Source: Tubulanus polymorphus (lineage: Eukaryota > Animalia > Nemertea). From it: 64,000 nucleotides of DNA. The translations under genes were made by a program, and so were the position numbers. Below are positions 1 through 19,300 of the stretch, in pieces. The notes under the pieces were generated by a model, which did not search any database, was not told the DNA's origin, and worked only from the letters and a program-made list of their open reading frames with translations. How positions within the stretch are numbered: position 1 is the first letter of the stretch; each line of letters begins with the position of its first letter. The stretch lies in NCBI RefSeq assembly GCF_964204645.1, contig NC_134035.1, forward strand, positions 1,364,001 through 1,428,000, in the 5' to 3' direction.

Positions 1-288
1 AAATCAGAACTGTACATATGTTTACTAATATAAGGCCTAAGTTCACATCCTTTGAGCAAACCAATACAAATCTGATCATATGACAGACTTGCTTTGTGCC
101 ATACAACGATACATGTAACATGGTAACATCTGGAGCAGTATCGAAATTCAATTAACTACACTTGGATTCATGATACAATTCACGACAATACAAAGAACCA
201 CAGTTTTCAATTTTTACAATCTTCTAATATATAATAATTGTAACAACGCCGCGTAAGGAGTTTTAAATGCGTTAAATATTAATTATAC

Positions 289-939
289 CTTTTCTGGAAT
301 GATTTTCCGAGAATGTTATCACTGAATGAATTAAATACAGCTGCGTATTTATCACGACTCCATTCAATCGTCATCTACAAAATATATATACATATATATA
401 TATATACAATTACTTAAACACTATATGTAAACAGGCAGATTTTATAGTATTGTCGACGTGGCAGGCCTACAAGCCACCTGACAGTCTTATCAGATTTGTA
501 CAGGCTGCTTCTGTAATTGTAGTACTGCTTGTTTTGAAGTGAGATATTTTGCCACCTTTAATAAACCTGAATCATTCAGAATGGAATTAACAAGTGCACA
601 TCTGTATTTCCAGCAGACAAGAGGGGAAGGACGCCTCAAATAAAATTCAATAAAGTCCATGTTTCTCTCTTCAATTCTGCCTGGTTCTGCCATTGACATT
701 CTCTACCACTAAATCAACCCCTGTTATCATGAACCCTCTGCTGAGCGACAGCGAACCCGTAAATCTCAAGTCAATATCGAAATATAATTAATTGAATTTA
801 TGTTGACATTTACCTCTCCGAATTGAAATGCCGAGATAAGAAGAATGAATAAACCGACAATCACCACAAATATACCATAACGATGAGATAATACATCGTA
901 GGTTTGTCTCTGCAAAAGTTTGCACAATGTCGAATACAT
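289..939 (-). CDS. GNPTAB: N-acetylglucosamine-1-phosphotransferase subunits alpha/beta, coding exons 1-2 (gene continues beyond window start)
   Basis: Exon 1 939-814 ([42 protein letters not shown], donor GTAAAT) and exon 2 374-289 (acceptor TTGTAG; [28 protein letters not shown], donor GTATAA) match the known GNPTAB N-terminus [36 protein letters not shown]. Confidence 0.93.
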
Positions 940-966
940 AATTGCGTCCAATTTTCCGAATTTTGG

Positions 967-1020
967 TTAGAAAAATGCAAAAAGCCGACGACTCCACGTA
1001 AACGTCATGGGCGCTGCCAT
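967..1020 (-). promoter_or_regulatory. Upstream ORF (17 aa, MAAPMTFTWSRRLFAFF*) starting in a TISU/YY1-like element, in frame with GNPTAB ATG
   Basis: Minus strand CAACATGGCAGC at the ATG (1020); TAA at 969-967, 27 nt (9 sense codons) before the ATG at 939. Confidence 0.55.
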
Positions 1021-1622
1021 GTTGGATTCGCCTCCAATGTTGGGTTCGAATCCCAGCGAATCGTCGGGCCGCGCTGGACGATCCGGCGCGCAGTTTACTA
1101 GCTTTAGAGCGGTTACAAGAGTGACTTATTAACAGCACGTGTGAGATAATCCCCTTCCTTAATCCTTCGACCAAATTTCGTAATTAGTGATTTTTAACGG
1201 CGAAAAACCAAAGTTGACACGAACACCTGAAAATGTTATGAAACTTATTACCAGCTGACCACTTTCACCTTTTCAAATTGGAAAGAAACTTTTCACCTGT
1301 ATGAGTGCAATAATAAGCCACAACGCCAAATAAAACCCTTCCGAACAGAAATGATAAATTAAAATTCGAGATTTGAGTTTTATCAAATTTATTTCGACAA
1401 TATCAACAATCATTCATAAATGATTTATCTTTTCATTTGCACAAAATAACCTAAAAGTCAACGGATTCTATATAAGTATTTCAACAACAATCTGTTGGAC
1501 TCATTTCATAACGGTTTTATTTCCGTGTTTCTAATAACGTTCCCAATGATTACAATTATTCAAAATAACTGAGCACAAAAAATAGTCGTCCTTGCATCGA
1601 GATATTTCTGAATTAGATTCCG

Positions 1623-1732
1623 GGACCCAGTTCCACAGTTGTGAGTTAGAGTTAACTCTGAGTTAAAGTTAGTTCATTTTCAATGTTTTAAACCAGGGTC
1701 GAATCTTAACTCAGAACTGTGGAACTGGGTCC
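1623..1732. mobile_element. MITE family A (PIF/Harbinger-like), ~110 bp
   Basis: TIR GGACCCAGTTCCACAGTT ... AACTGTGGAACTGGGTCC; further copies at ~4217-4309, 14198-14306, 47141-47248, 50026-50119, 50187-50299, 53517-53608. Confidence 0.8.
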
Positions 1733-1881
1733 GAGTGTTTATTTTTAACCAATGCATAGTTTATTGATGCGCGGTAATCCCTGCTTAATCCGTTTGATCA
1801 TTTGAGACGGACAGAAATTAATCCGGTTTATAGGAATTTAGGGCGGAAAGTCATATCGTATATACACAGGGTTTCTACTGA

Positions 1882-2000
1882 TGGGTCATTCCTGAATATA
1901 AGGAGTTTTTAAGAAAGGAAATTTCAAATTTTGAGGAAGCCTCTTCATCACTTTCATATCCCAATTAGTGGCACCAAATTAAACCATTAATTTGGCGGTT
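1882..2000. repeat. Interspersed repeat (DNA-transposon end-like)
   Basis: GGGTCATTCCTGAATATAAGGAGTTTT...AAATTTTGAGGAAG recurs inverted at ~12510-12593 and ~46120-46198. Confidence 0.6.
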
Positions 2001-2589
2001 TCGTAAGCAAATCTTTATCCTAGTCAGTATAAGACCAAGTCAGTAAACACAAATTTGGTGCTGACTGTATGATTAGGTGACGATGAGGTCACCGTAAATT
2101 ATATCCCGACCAGAACGAAATCCTGATTCAATTCATCTGGATTAAGCGGGTTTGACTGCGCGCACCGACTAATTTAACCTGTTTTTAACATTCCAGATAT
2201 CAAGCCGTGACATTTACTAAATATTACGTTATTGAGCAATAATCGAAATTTACACAAAAATTCAACTCAGCAAACGATGATTTTGTTCGCAGTACGGACG
2301 GCCACAACAGGAGTTCTCTGTCATTTTGAACCTCAATGAAATCGTTCACTTCTAATTTCCTAATCGTTCCCTCCCTGTGGCCTAAGATGCATATATTCAA
2401 GACTTCTCTCGACACAAAATATTTGACACTTAGATTTAGAAATTCACATGCGTTTTGTAATAAACCGCCGATGAAATCTCGAGTGACAATTAGCACATTT
2501 ACACAACATTCTATATGTACAATTTGTGAGATCTACCACAAGCTACTGAAACACGCAACAGGGCTACATTTTTCAAAGCCGTGTATTAA

Positions 2590-2981
2590 CCCTTTCAGTG
2601 TGTCTACATCATAGTGCGGTGTATTAATCAGTCAGTGATGGACTTTGCTTGTACACTGCATAGCGGTGTATTGATGTAATTAGTTATTATTGCTAATGAA
2701 AGATGGCAGCACCTGCCAAACACAGTTAAATGTTAGTATTTAACAATACATCGCTTGCTTTTGACTCAGCGATTACTCTGTATCTCGATGTATAGATATT
2801 AGTAATTGTCTCTACTGAAAGATGGCAGCACCTGTCAAAACATAGTGATATTAGTCACTAACGATACACCGCACTGCTGTACACGCATTATAGTGGTTTG
2901 CCTGATATATGACGCACTGGGATGGAATTTTTCAAATTACATCTAGCACTTCAGGTTGAGAATTAGTCGGCAATGAAAGGG
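2590..2981. mobile_element. piggyBac-like MITE with TTAA target duplication
   Basis: TTAA|CCCTTTCAGTG ... GAAAGGG|TTAA; internal partial duplication; same family at 6640-6845 (partial), 37552-37773 (inverted), 44510-44637 (partial, inverted), 49498-49758. Confidence 0.8.
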
Positions 2982-4529
2982 TTAATCTATCCCTGGTTCT
3001 ACCTTCTTATTGTGCTATCTGAAATACAGTAGCAGTCGTTCAGATGAAATAAACACTGCTTTGGAAAATGTAACCATTGGAAAGGCTATCGCACATATGA
3101 CAACATTTGTCTATCTATGTGTATCAAAGGAAAACCGACAATCGAAAGAAAAACTACTGGCATACAAGACAGTTTCAACTCATCAAATACTAGGAGCCAT
3201 TTTCGAAACCATTTTGAATAAGGCTTATTTGAGTTGAGATACAGTAACTCATTTAGTTCTTCTTTCGATTGCAGGCTTTTCTTTTGATTAAAAACATCTT
3301 TAAATATTCATCATTTGATTCGCAATATTATTATCTAACCACTTTTTATAGTAAATAAACTTCATCCTATATGAAACACGTAATAAATGCCTACATTATG
3401 CAGGTTTCACTTGTGTGACGCGACGGTCTTTTTTGCATAAATAAATCTATTATTATATCTACATCCGGTGAGTAAAATAATACATCACAAATCGGAGGTT
3501 CGCGGCGGAGTCGATCGAGACTCCAACTCAAAACGCATCTTTAATATTCAATATTTGATCAAAAATTTGTTGTCGTCTTATCTAGAAAATAATAATGTCA
3601 TGATTTCAACATTTTACGCAACGACGAACACGAAAAAATATAAACATTTATCAATTCGTTCTATATAGAAAAATAATTCAAAGCGTTATCGACACATTTC
3701 TACTGGGTTTAAGTCTCGTTTAGCGTTTTAGGCAACCTAATAAGATATCACTTTAGCAATTACGCTTAACTCACAATTCAACTCAAATAAAGCGTCTTCG
3801 GCAAAAAAGGTTTTAGCACATATCAAGCTGAGCACTTACATAAAGCTTCTGAAGCCTCGATTGTCATTATGAGGAAAGTTAGTTATATCAAGTTGAAGAG
3901 AAAATTCGACTAATTTTAGATGAGTGATTTTTTTTACAAAAGGTGTAAATTACGATGCGGCAGGTCCCGTTTCAAGAAGTTGATCACCGTATTCGTTAGT
4001 CACTTATTGACTTATCATAATACAACTTTCAGTGTTCTCCGCATGGGGTTTTAGAGGGGCAGCAGCCACCTGCGTCATTTTACAGTCACCCCTGCGAAAA
4101 TCAGCCAAAAAATGTTTAAAATTCGCATGAGTTGATGTTAATGTTATATATCACAGCTTACAATGACAAACAGCGATCTACATCAGTGAGATGATAGTAA
4201 GTGACATCAAGCAGCAGGATTCGGTTCCACAATAGTGAATAAGAGCTAACTCAAGAGTTAAAATCAATTTTCGAGTCAAATCTTAACTCACAACTGCGGA
4301 ACTGGGTCCGGATTACTCCACAATCTAGCTTCATTTTCATCATGCTTTTGATGAGACCCCAAACCCCTACTGAAAGCATTCAGCATTGAGAATGTTACAC
4401 TAAATAATGAATGAAACGCCCCAATAATCCCAGCATATTGAAAACACTGACTTCATGAAACAGATCCTTCTAATACTTATCAAAATATAATGTACCTATA
4501 TAGATATAAGGAAACCCGACACATAGAGC

Positions 4530-4810
4530 CCCGCCCAGTTCTCAGATTGAGTAAAACTATAGTTTCACAGTTCTGGGGCGAATTGCTCAAAAGTTGTTAA
4601 AAGATAAGCATTTGATAAATACTATCGTAACAATGTATTTTGAATTGTCACTATGTCAAATATCCACGGGTTAAATCTAACCAACTATTGAACAAATGCC
4701 GCCCCTGTTCCACAGTTCTGGGTCCAGTTGCTCAAAAGTTGGTTAGAGTTAACCATCGGATGAATACCATAGTAACAATGAACTTTCAATTGTCACTATG
4801 TCAACTGCTG
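4530..4810. mobile_element. Nested cluster of Harbinger-like MITE fragments (families A and B)
   Basis: Two family-B ends (GGGCGAATTGCTCAAAAGTT, GGTCCAGTTGCTCAAAAGTT), each directly following CACAGTT-CTG; family B also at ~13540-13682. Confidence 0.6.
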
Positions 4811-5528
4811 CCGGATATGCCCATGTCGTGAATTAAACTCGATTTAAGAATTAAGTTCAACTCGATTTCACATTTCACAAAAACCGGGTTCAGATGTTAA
4901 TACACATGAAACATCGATTTGATTCACATACGTTTGAAATTTCACCATCGAAGATACAATGATATGATTTGAAAACGATATCGGCGGCAACTGATAACTG
5001 AACACCACCGCGAGTATTACAGGATCTAGCCTCAGAGCTGCCTAAACCAATACAACGCAGTATAAAACCGAAAATCTCTCCGAAGCGACTCGAGGCTAGA
5101 CCTGACTCTGATAACGCGCACAAACATGCTCGCAACGCTAAATAGTGTTTACCGCTATTTCACGTAGTTCGTAAAAACACTAAACAACGGTCACGGTCGA
5201 CGCCGGGTAGTAGTCCAAAGCTGCAGACGCCTCCGTCGTTAGATTCAAACACGTCGTATTAACGAGAAAACATTTATTGGCACGCTCGTTAAAAATACAG
5301 CAGCCGATAACGATCGACACTTGAACGTTCGTTCTCCGCGTTTAAGACATCGTTCAATCAGAAACCTTCGACGTTTTTCTCTTCTCTTTAAAGTAAAAAT
5401 CTTACCACTTCGGATCCGATCCGTTTTTTATAAATCCGCTAACGCGTATATATGAGACAGGCGCGAAATATATACCTAGTAGTAGTGTCTCGTTCACGAC
5501 CTACAGAGGATTATACAGCGAATGACCT

Positions 5529-7207
5529 TCACTTCGCCGCCGAATCCTTGTCATCGTCGTCGCTATCGTCGTCTTCCTCCTGCATTAGTTTTTTCGCTAG
5601 TTGTATCGCGTGGAATTCGTTGTAGTGATCTTTTCGTTTCGCTTCGAACGACTTTCGATGAACTGAGAAAAAAAATCGGAGGAAAGTTCGTTATTGAAGA
5701 TGAATTGTGAAAATTAACACCCGGTACTTGTCAACGTAGAACGGGTCGACACAGTACTGGTCAACGTAGAACAGGTTAACACAGACAGTACTGGTCAACA
5801 CAGTACTGATCAACACAGAACAGGTCAACAGAGTACTGATCAAAATGGTACTGGTCAACACAGTACTGGTCAACACAGAACAAGTCAACAGAGTACTGAT
5901 CAAAATGGTACTGGTCAACACAGTACTGGTCAACACAGAACAGGTCAACAGAGTACTGGTCAAAATGGTACTGGTCAACAGAGTACTGGTCAACAGAGTG
6001 CTGATCTTACCTCGCTTTTCTTCTGTTTCCTCCTCGCTTTCATCATCTTCATCATCGTCATCATCATCAAAATTATGACGGAAAACTTTTGCATCAGTTC
6101 CTTCTTGTAACCTAGAAATTGAACGCCAGAAGACATTAAACATTTTATTGGGGTCATTCCTGAACGTAAAATGTCCAAGCTGAGGTTGGTTCCAGGTGAA
6201 CCAGGGCTTGTTCTAGGATGAGGAGGATGGCTCCATCAGTCTATATGGGGTGGTTCCAGGGATAAGAGGTTGTTCTAGGATGAGAGGATGGTTCCAGACT
6301 AAGAAGGGTGGTTCCAGGCTGCAGACATGTAGCCTATAGGCTTAATACTGGGACTTACTTCTCAGCGACTGAGGCTGGATTGAGAGGCTCTTTTTTCTCG
6401 ATACTGAGCCGGCGTTTAGGCTTATCCGCGTGAACACACTCGTCGCTGCTATCTGCGTCTTTATAATAACTGTACGGCGTTTTAGGTTCCTCGATTTTCA
6501 TGTGTCCGTAATCTTTATCGGCGGGATGATGAGTCGCCAGGATGTTCATCTCGTCCCATTTCATTTTCATCTCTTTATCACCGTGGTGACGATGACTACA
6601 ACAATCGAATAGTGTTATCATCAATTATTGGGCTTTAAAACCCTTTCAGTGCGGTATATTAATCGATGATGGATGTTGCTAGTACACCGCATTACGGTGT
6701 ATTGATGTTATTAGTATTTAGTTTTTATCTCTTTTGGAAGATGGCAGCACCTGTCAAAGACAGTAAACTATAACTAATAATACACCGCACCGCAGTGTAG
6801 ACGTGCTATGTGCGAGTTATTCAACACACTGGGTGAGACACTGATATATATTTTTAAACGGACGACACCAGCTATATTTACGACGTTTCATTCTGATTGG
6901 CTGATTAACGTTGCGCGACTTAGAAAATTTGAAGAAAGTGTGGAGAACGGAGTTAGAGAAAATAGCAGATAGAACTAGACTCGAACCCTAAACTTTAAAC
7001 AAGACTAAAAGGTGTTAGAAGACAGGAGCGAACCGAGAGAATCACCAGATCACATCATCATAGTCATCACCTTCTCTCTTACCCGGCAGCGGTTGTTGTA
7101 TGACATGGTTGAGCTGGTGGCTCTGGAGTATCAAAACTGGAAGAATTCTTCAATATCCCTTTGAGGGATTTGTTTTTTGCCGTTGCAGTCGTCGAAGTCG
7201 AAGCCAT
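5529..7207 (-). CDS. PPP1R2: Protein phosphatase 1 inhibitor-2, 4 exons, 198 aa
   Basis: Exons 7207-7083, 6595-6359, 6111-6011, 5662-5529 with GT-AG ends and consistent phases (597 nt). Motifs: KGILKN (SILK), [27 protein letters not shown] (GSK3 Thr site), acidic tract, [11 protein letters not shown]. Confidence 0.96.
5725..5998. repeat. 15-bp minisatellite (GGTCAACACAGTACT variants) filling PPP1R2 intron 3
   Basis: Direct tandem copies; explains the repetitive LTSTV ORFs in the track. Confidence 0.9.
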
Positions 7208-7726
7208 TTGTCAATATTTTTGACCAGGGCTAAATCGCAATTTGGGTAATGTTTTAGAGCCTAGACAAAATAAATTCAATTTACTATATTATTGAATCCA
7301 CTGGTTGGGTTCGAGTCCCACATGTGAGATAGGTTTGTTTCTTTTTGTTTGTTTGTTTTTGGCTTAAGGTCTCTTGGAAATTGTTATCCCGAGACAAAAA
7401 ATTCGGATTCCGCAGACTCTTGTACTCCTTTTCTAATTTATGTAAAACAACAAAGTTATTGAATTGGATTGCATTGACAGATCGATCAATCACTTCCGGG
7501 TTTAAAAAAACTTTTTTCCTGCCCCCAGGATTTAGCTGTTAAAGTATCTGTGTGTGCAGAATTGCAAGAACCCGTCATCGCTGTCGCTGTGGAGAGAATT
7601 ATTCGGTTCTTCTTCCCCAGACCCCAGGACAAGACTCCAAATCGCTGCTTCAACATTTTTCAGTTTCTCTACTAGGTCGGGTACTCACTACGACTTTTTT
7701 ACGTATAATAAAAGTCCAAAAACATC
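7208..7726. promoter_or_regulatory. Bidirectional promoter region between PPP1R2 and SMPD2
   Basis: Divergent ATGs 520 bp apart; ETS/GABP-like CACTTCCGG at 7491-7499. Confidence 0.65.
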
Positions 7727-8926
7727 ATGAAAACTGTCGGTGGTAATTTGAAGATCCTGACCCTGAATTGTTGGGGTTTATTTGTGCCGTTTGTTTGTCA
7801 AAAACGACGGGAACGTATGACGGCGATAGCGGCTCGCCTGTCCGAGGGCGAACACGATATCGTCATGTTGCAGGAAGTCTGGTCTCAGTCCGATTACGAG
7901 ATGTTATGTAAGCGAATAACACCGGCGTACGCGTATACGCATTACTTCCACAGTAACTTCATCGGCTCGGGAACGTGCGTGTTTTCCAAATACCCGATCT
8001 ACGAGACGTTTTATCACCGTTACCCGGTGAACGGTCACGCGCATCGGATCCAGCACGGCGACTGGTACGGCGGGAAGGGCGTCGGATTGTGCAAGATCGT
8101 CTACAATGGCGTGCGAATAAACCTGTACGTAACGCACCTTCATGCGGAGTATTCGACGAGTAACGATGAGTACCTGGCGCACCGCGTCGTGCAGGCGTTC
8201 GATATGAGTCAGTTCGTTAAAACGACGAGCGAGACGTGCGACGTCGTCATCGCCGGCGGTGATTTCAACAGTCGCCCGACCGACTGCGGATACTCGCTGC
8301 TCGTTACTAACGCCTCGTTAAAAGACGCGTGGTTGAATCAACGCGAGACGCCCTCTGGTGGCGGCGAGACGTCGGACACGCCCTCGAACCCGTTCACCTG
8401 CAAGAAACATCTGATGGATTTCCCGCTCGGTGAACGCCTCGATTACTTGATGTACCGCGCGAACGCGAGTTTCAGCGTGGACTGCGCGCGTTGCTATCTG
8501 ACGATGGGTCGCGTACCGCGCGAACAGTTCTCCTACTCCGATCACGAGGGGGTCGCCGCCGAGTTGGAGATCAAACGGAACATCACGGCGATGGGCGCCG
8601 AAATCGACTTCGAAAAGCGTAAAGAACATTTGAATCGAGCGTTGAGAATCGTGCAAAGCGGATTCGTTCAGTGTAAAAACGAACGGCTGTATTTCGCGGT
8701 TTATTTCGTAGTGGCGTGCGCCGTGTTGGCGATGCTCGGTTTTACGAGCGCTCCATATGGTCTAGCGATCGTTTGCGGCGTCTTGCGGGTATATTTCACG
8801 TTGTTGATGGCGTACGCCGCGTGGGTCGTGCTCATTATTAAACCGGCCGAAGAGAACGCCTTGTGGAATGCCAAAAAAGACATGTCGAATCTGATCGCGC
8901 AGGAAAAACTTTTATCGCAATTCTGA
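7727..8926 (+). CDS. SMPD2: Neutral sphingomyelinase (SMPD2/nSMase1, Isc1 family), single coding exon, 399 aa
   Basis: EEP-fold motifs TLNCWG, LQEVW, P-loop-like GDWYGGKGVG, THLHAEY, GDFN, RLDY, SDH; two C-terminal hydrophobic helices. Confidence 0.95.
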   Translation: MKTVGGNLKILTLNCWGLFVPFVCQKRRERMTAIAARLSEGEHDIVMLQEVWSQSDYEMLCKRITPAYAYTHYFHSNFIGSGTCVFSKYPIYETFYHRYPVNGHAHRIQHGDWYGGKGVGLCKIVYNGVRINLYVTHLHAEYSTSNDEYLAHRVVQAFDMSQFVKTTSETCDVVIAGGDFNSRPTDCGYSLLVTNASLKDAWLNQRETPSGGGETSDTPSNPFTCKKHLMDFPLGERLDYLMYRANASFSVDCARCYLTMGRVPREQFSYSDHEGVAAELEIKRNITAMGAEIDFEKRKEHLNRALRIVQSGFVQCKNERLYFAVYFVVACAVLAMLGFTSAPYGLAIVCGVLRVYFTLLMAYAAWVVLIIKPAEENALWNAKKDMSNLIAQEKLLSQF

Positions 8927-10069
8927 AGTTTGTCTCAATGTTTGGTTCCGCTGGAAATGGAATAATTATAGGTAGTTGGAAAAGTTTACCGGGACAGAAC
9001 AATTCTCGGATCCTTCTAGGAACATAATAATTGCGGAGATGTGTAACAAGCATTTCTACGTTATTGGAAAAGTTAACTGTGAAGGAACAATCCTCTTGAC
9101 TTCTCAGGAACAGATTGATTCCAAAAATGTGGAACACTGGAAAAATGTGGAAAATCTTGAATTGTTATTTTATTGAATCTATGTGTTGTAATAAACTGGA
9201 TAGGTAATTTATTTTTGCTGTGAAAACTTTTGATTCATATATATATTTATTTAGCTATTTTAATATATTTATAAATAATTATTGATGTGTAGAACGGCTG
9301 ATATATATATATATATATATTTGTCAGCGTTGTTTTGTGATAATGTAGGTGCACCAGACATATCTTCTCTTTTTGTCTTTGGATTTTTTTTCCGGTGACT
9401 GTAATTTGTATTGCTAGCACATTGTTGATTATTTCAAAATTGATTATTTCATGAAATCGAAATAAAGATCTCTAGAATCAAATTGCCTTATTGTTGGTTG
9501 TCATAACGATTGTTAGTTTAAGAGCAGACACTCGCATTCTTTCTTTCTTCATTGCCGCTACTGTGGAAACCTCTACCATCCGAGTAATTATCCTGTGTGC
9601 AGGTTTTGTTGTTTGATCAGTTGAGGAACACTTCAGCATTTCTGAGCACTGGTTTTCCGAATGGTTTTGAACCATGGTTGCAACCTGTTCCATCCTTAAC
9701 TACAAGCGCAAAGATAAGGACTGGTTGATTGATTGAGTTTAATAGACTAGACACTCATGTACCAAGGGGTTTAGGCTATTGGGTAGCCAAAGAAAAAAAG
9801 GCATTTCAGTGATTTTTAGCGCATTATTTTGATTGCAAGTCTATAAAACTGTCATGTTGGGTTTGAGAATGATGACGGCGATAAGAAAATGAATAACCAA
9901 TAGAAAAAATTGAATGCGGTAAAAAGAATATTGTTACGGGTATTTTTAGAAATGGTTTGGTCGACTCAATGTTTCAATATTGTTATAACTAACAAGCACT
10001 AATAAAGTTTGATTTGAATTTCTATAAAATTCTGTTAATCGGTTTCGCGCGGTATTCAGTGCGTTCAAA

Positions 10070-17799
<7,730 letters not shown>

Positions 17800-17984
17800 T
17801 CAACCTCTCTCCCTCGCCACTCTCTCCCCTCTCTACACGAAGCAATCTTCTTGGAGAGCGTTTTGTAGATAAATGTGTAATGTTTTATTTGAGGAGGTAG
17901 TAGATTATGATGATCATGATTCTGTCTGATATTTTGTATGTGTAAATATTATATTTTGTACATAAATGAAAAATATTGAAAGTG

Positions 17985-17990
17985 AATAAA
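17985..17990 (+). terminator. Likely CPSF3 polyadenylation signal
   Basis: AATAAA 185 nt after the stop, followed by a U/GU-rich tract. Confidence 0.6.
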
Positions 17991-19300
17991 AAGATCTTCA
18001 CTGCATTTACATTTATGGGTTTTGCGTTGATTAGATTTTGCGTTACTGGCTACGGTTCTGCTGTTATCTTTGGAACAAGGAATTATCCGATACTAAATAC
18101 ATAAAATATCTTGGTGAAGATCTTTATATTCGCGTAATTTAGATATTTAAATGACGCTGACAATGTCGACGGTGGATGCGGTTGCTGCGGCAACGTTAAG
18201 ATGGTAACGATGATGATGATTATTTAACCGAGGAGGAAGAACATGAATTTATTAAAGCGCTTTTTCTAATGATTTTAATGAGGTTTAATATTGAATTTAG
18301 ACAACCGAGTTTCTTAGGTCATTATTTCTCCCTGCCCTAGTAGAGTTTATATACAAATTTCCGAAAGGGTTTATTTATGAGGATTTGGTGGATGTTAGGC
18401 TCCCCCTTCCTTCTCCATTCAGATTAGATATTTTTGAAATTTACATTTTTCTTATTGACACTTACGTTTTGTAAAATTTGGTGACTCTTTATTTCACGTA
18501 TGTTTAGATATTTCAGTCACGGATTTATTTGGAATCTCAACCTGAATTGAGACAATGAATTCTGAGATATTGGTTTCCCCAATGACTCAAATAGACCGCT
18601 TTCCCCGTGCATGATGTGAGTTAGTATCTCGGGGTGCATGAACTGTCCTTACGTAGTTGTGACTAATAAACTAATTTCATTAGTAAATGTTTACGCGGTT
18701 TCCATGATATGAAGACCTGTGTTGGTATGAATCTTTAACTGAAGTGCTATCGGTCGGTATAATTTATAAATTATTCTAGAATTTAAGAAAAAAAAACAGG
18801 CGGTGGCTGATAAATTCGGAAGTAGCTGTTGGGAATCAAGTAATTTATTTCATGGCCTTATTAAAGTTCCTCCACTATATTGTTCAGCTGACTACTGGCG
18901 TGTATTCAACCTGGCGGCGGTGGAACCTTTCATAATGTAAACCCATTCAACCATAGAGATACACAATTGCGGGCTTTTCAGAGCTGTTGATATCATTCTG
19001 ACACGCGCTATTGAATACGTTACTGGCTGACCACGGTGTACACAAGCATAGACCATTCACCTCTGCACACTCACACTGTGAACATGCTACCGTGGATTCT
19101 CCTCCTGGCGATCTTCGCTGCGCTCCCGCTCCTGCTCCTGTTCCTGCTTCCTGAGGAACGACGTCTTTATGTTTTATGTGTTACTGTTCGTCTCTGTACT
19201 GTCCTGTACTGTTCCGTGTTAATTAATCCGTTCTATTTTTCAGCCATTAACCCGTTTTATTTTTCAGGGCCGATTTCTCTGTCGAATTTCGACGTTTGCT

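Noticed and set aside
5691-6143. 150-aa ORF with LTST repeats
   Set aside because: Only 6111-6011 is a PPP1R2 exon; the rest is read-through into an intronic minisatellite
7904-8883. Antisense and alternate-frame ORFs over SMPD2
   Set aside because: Expected shadows of a GC-rich coding exon; no motifs
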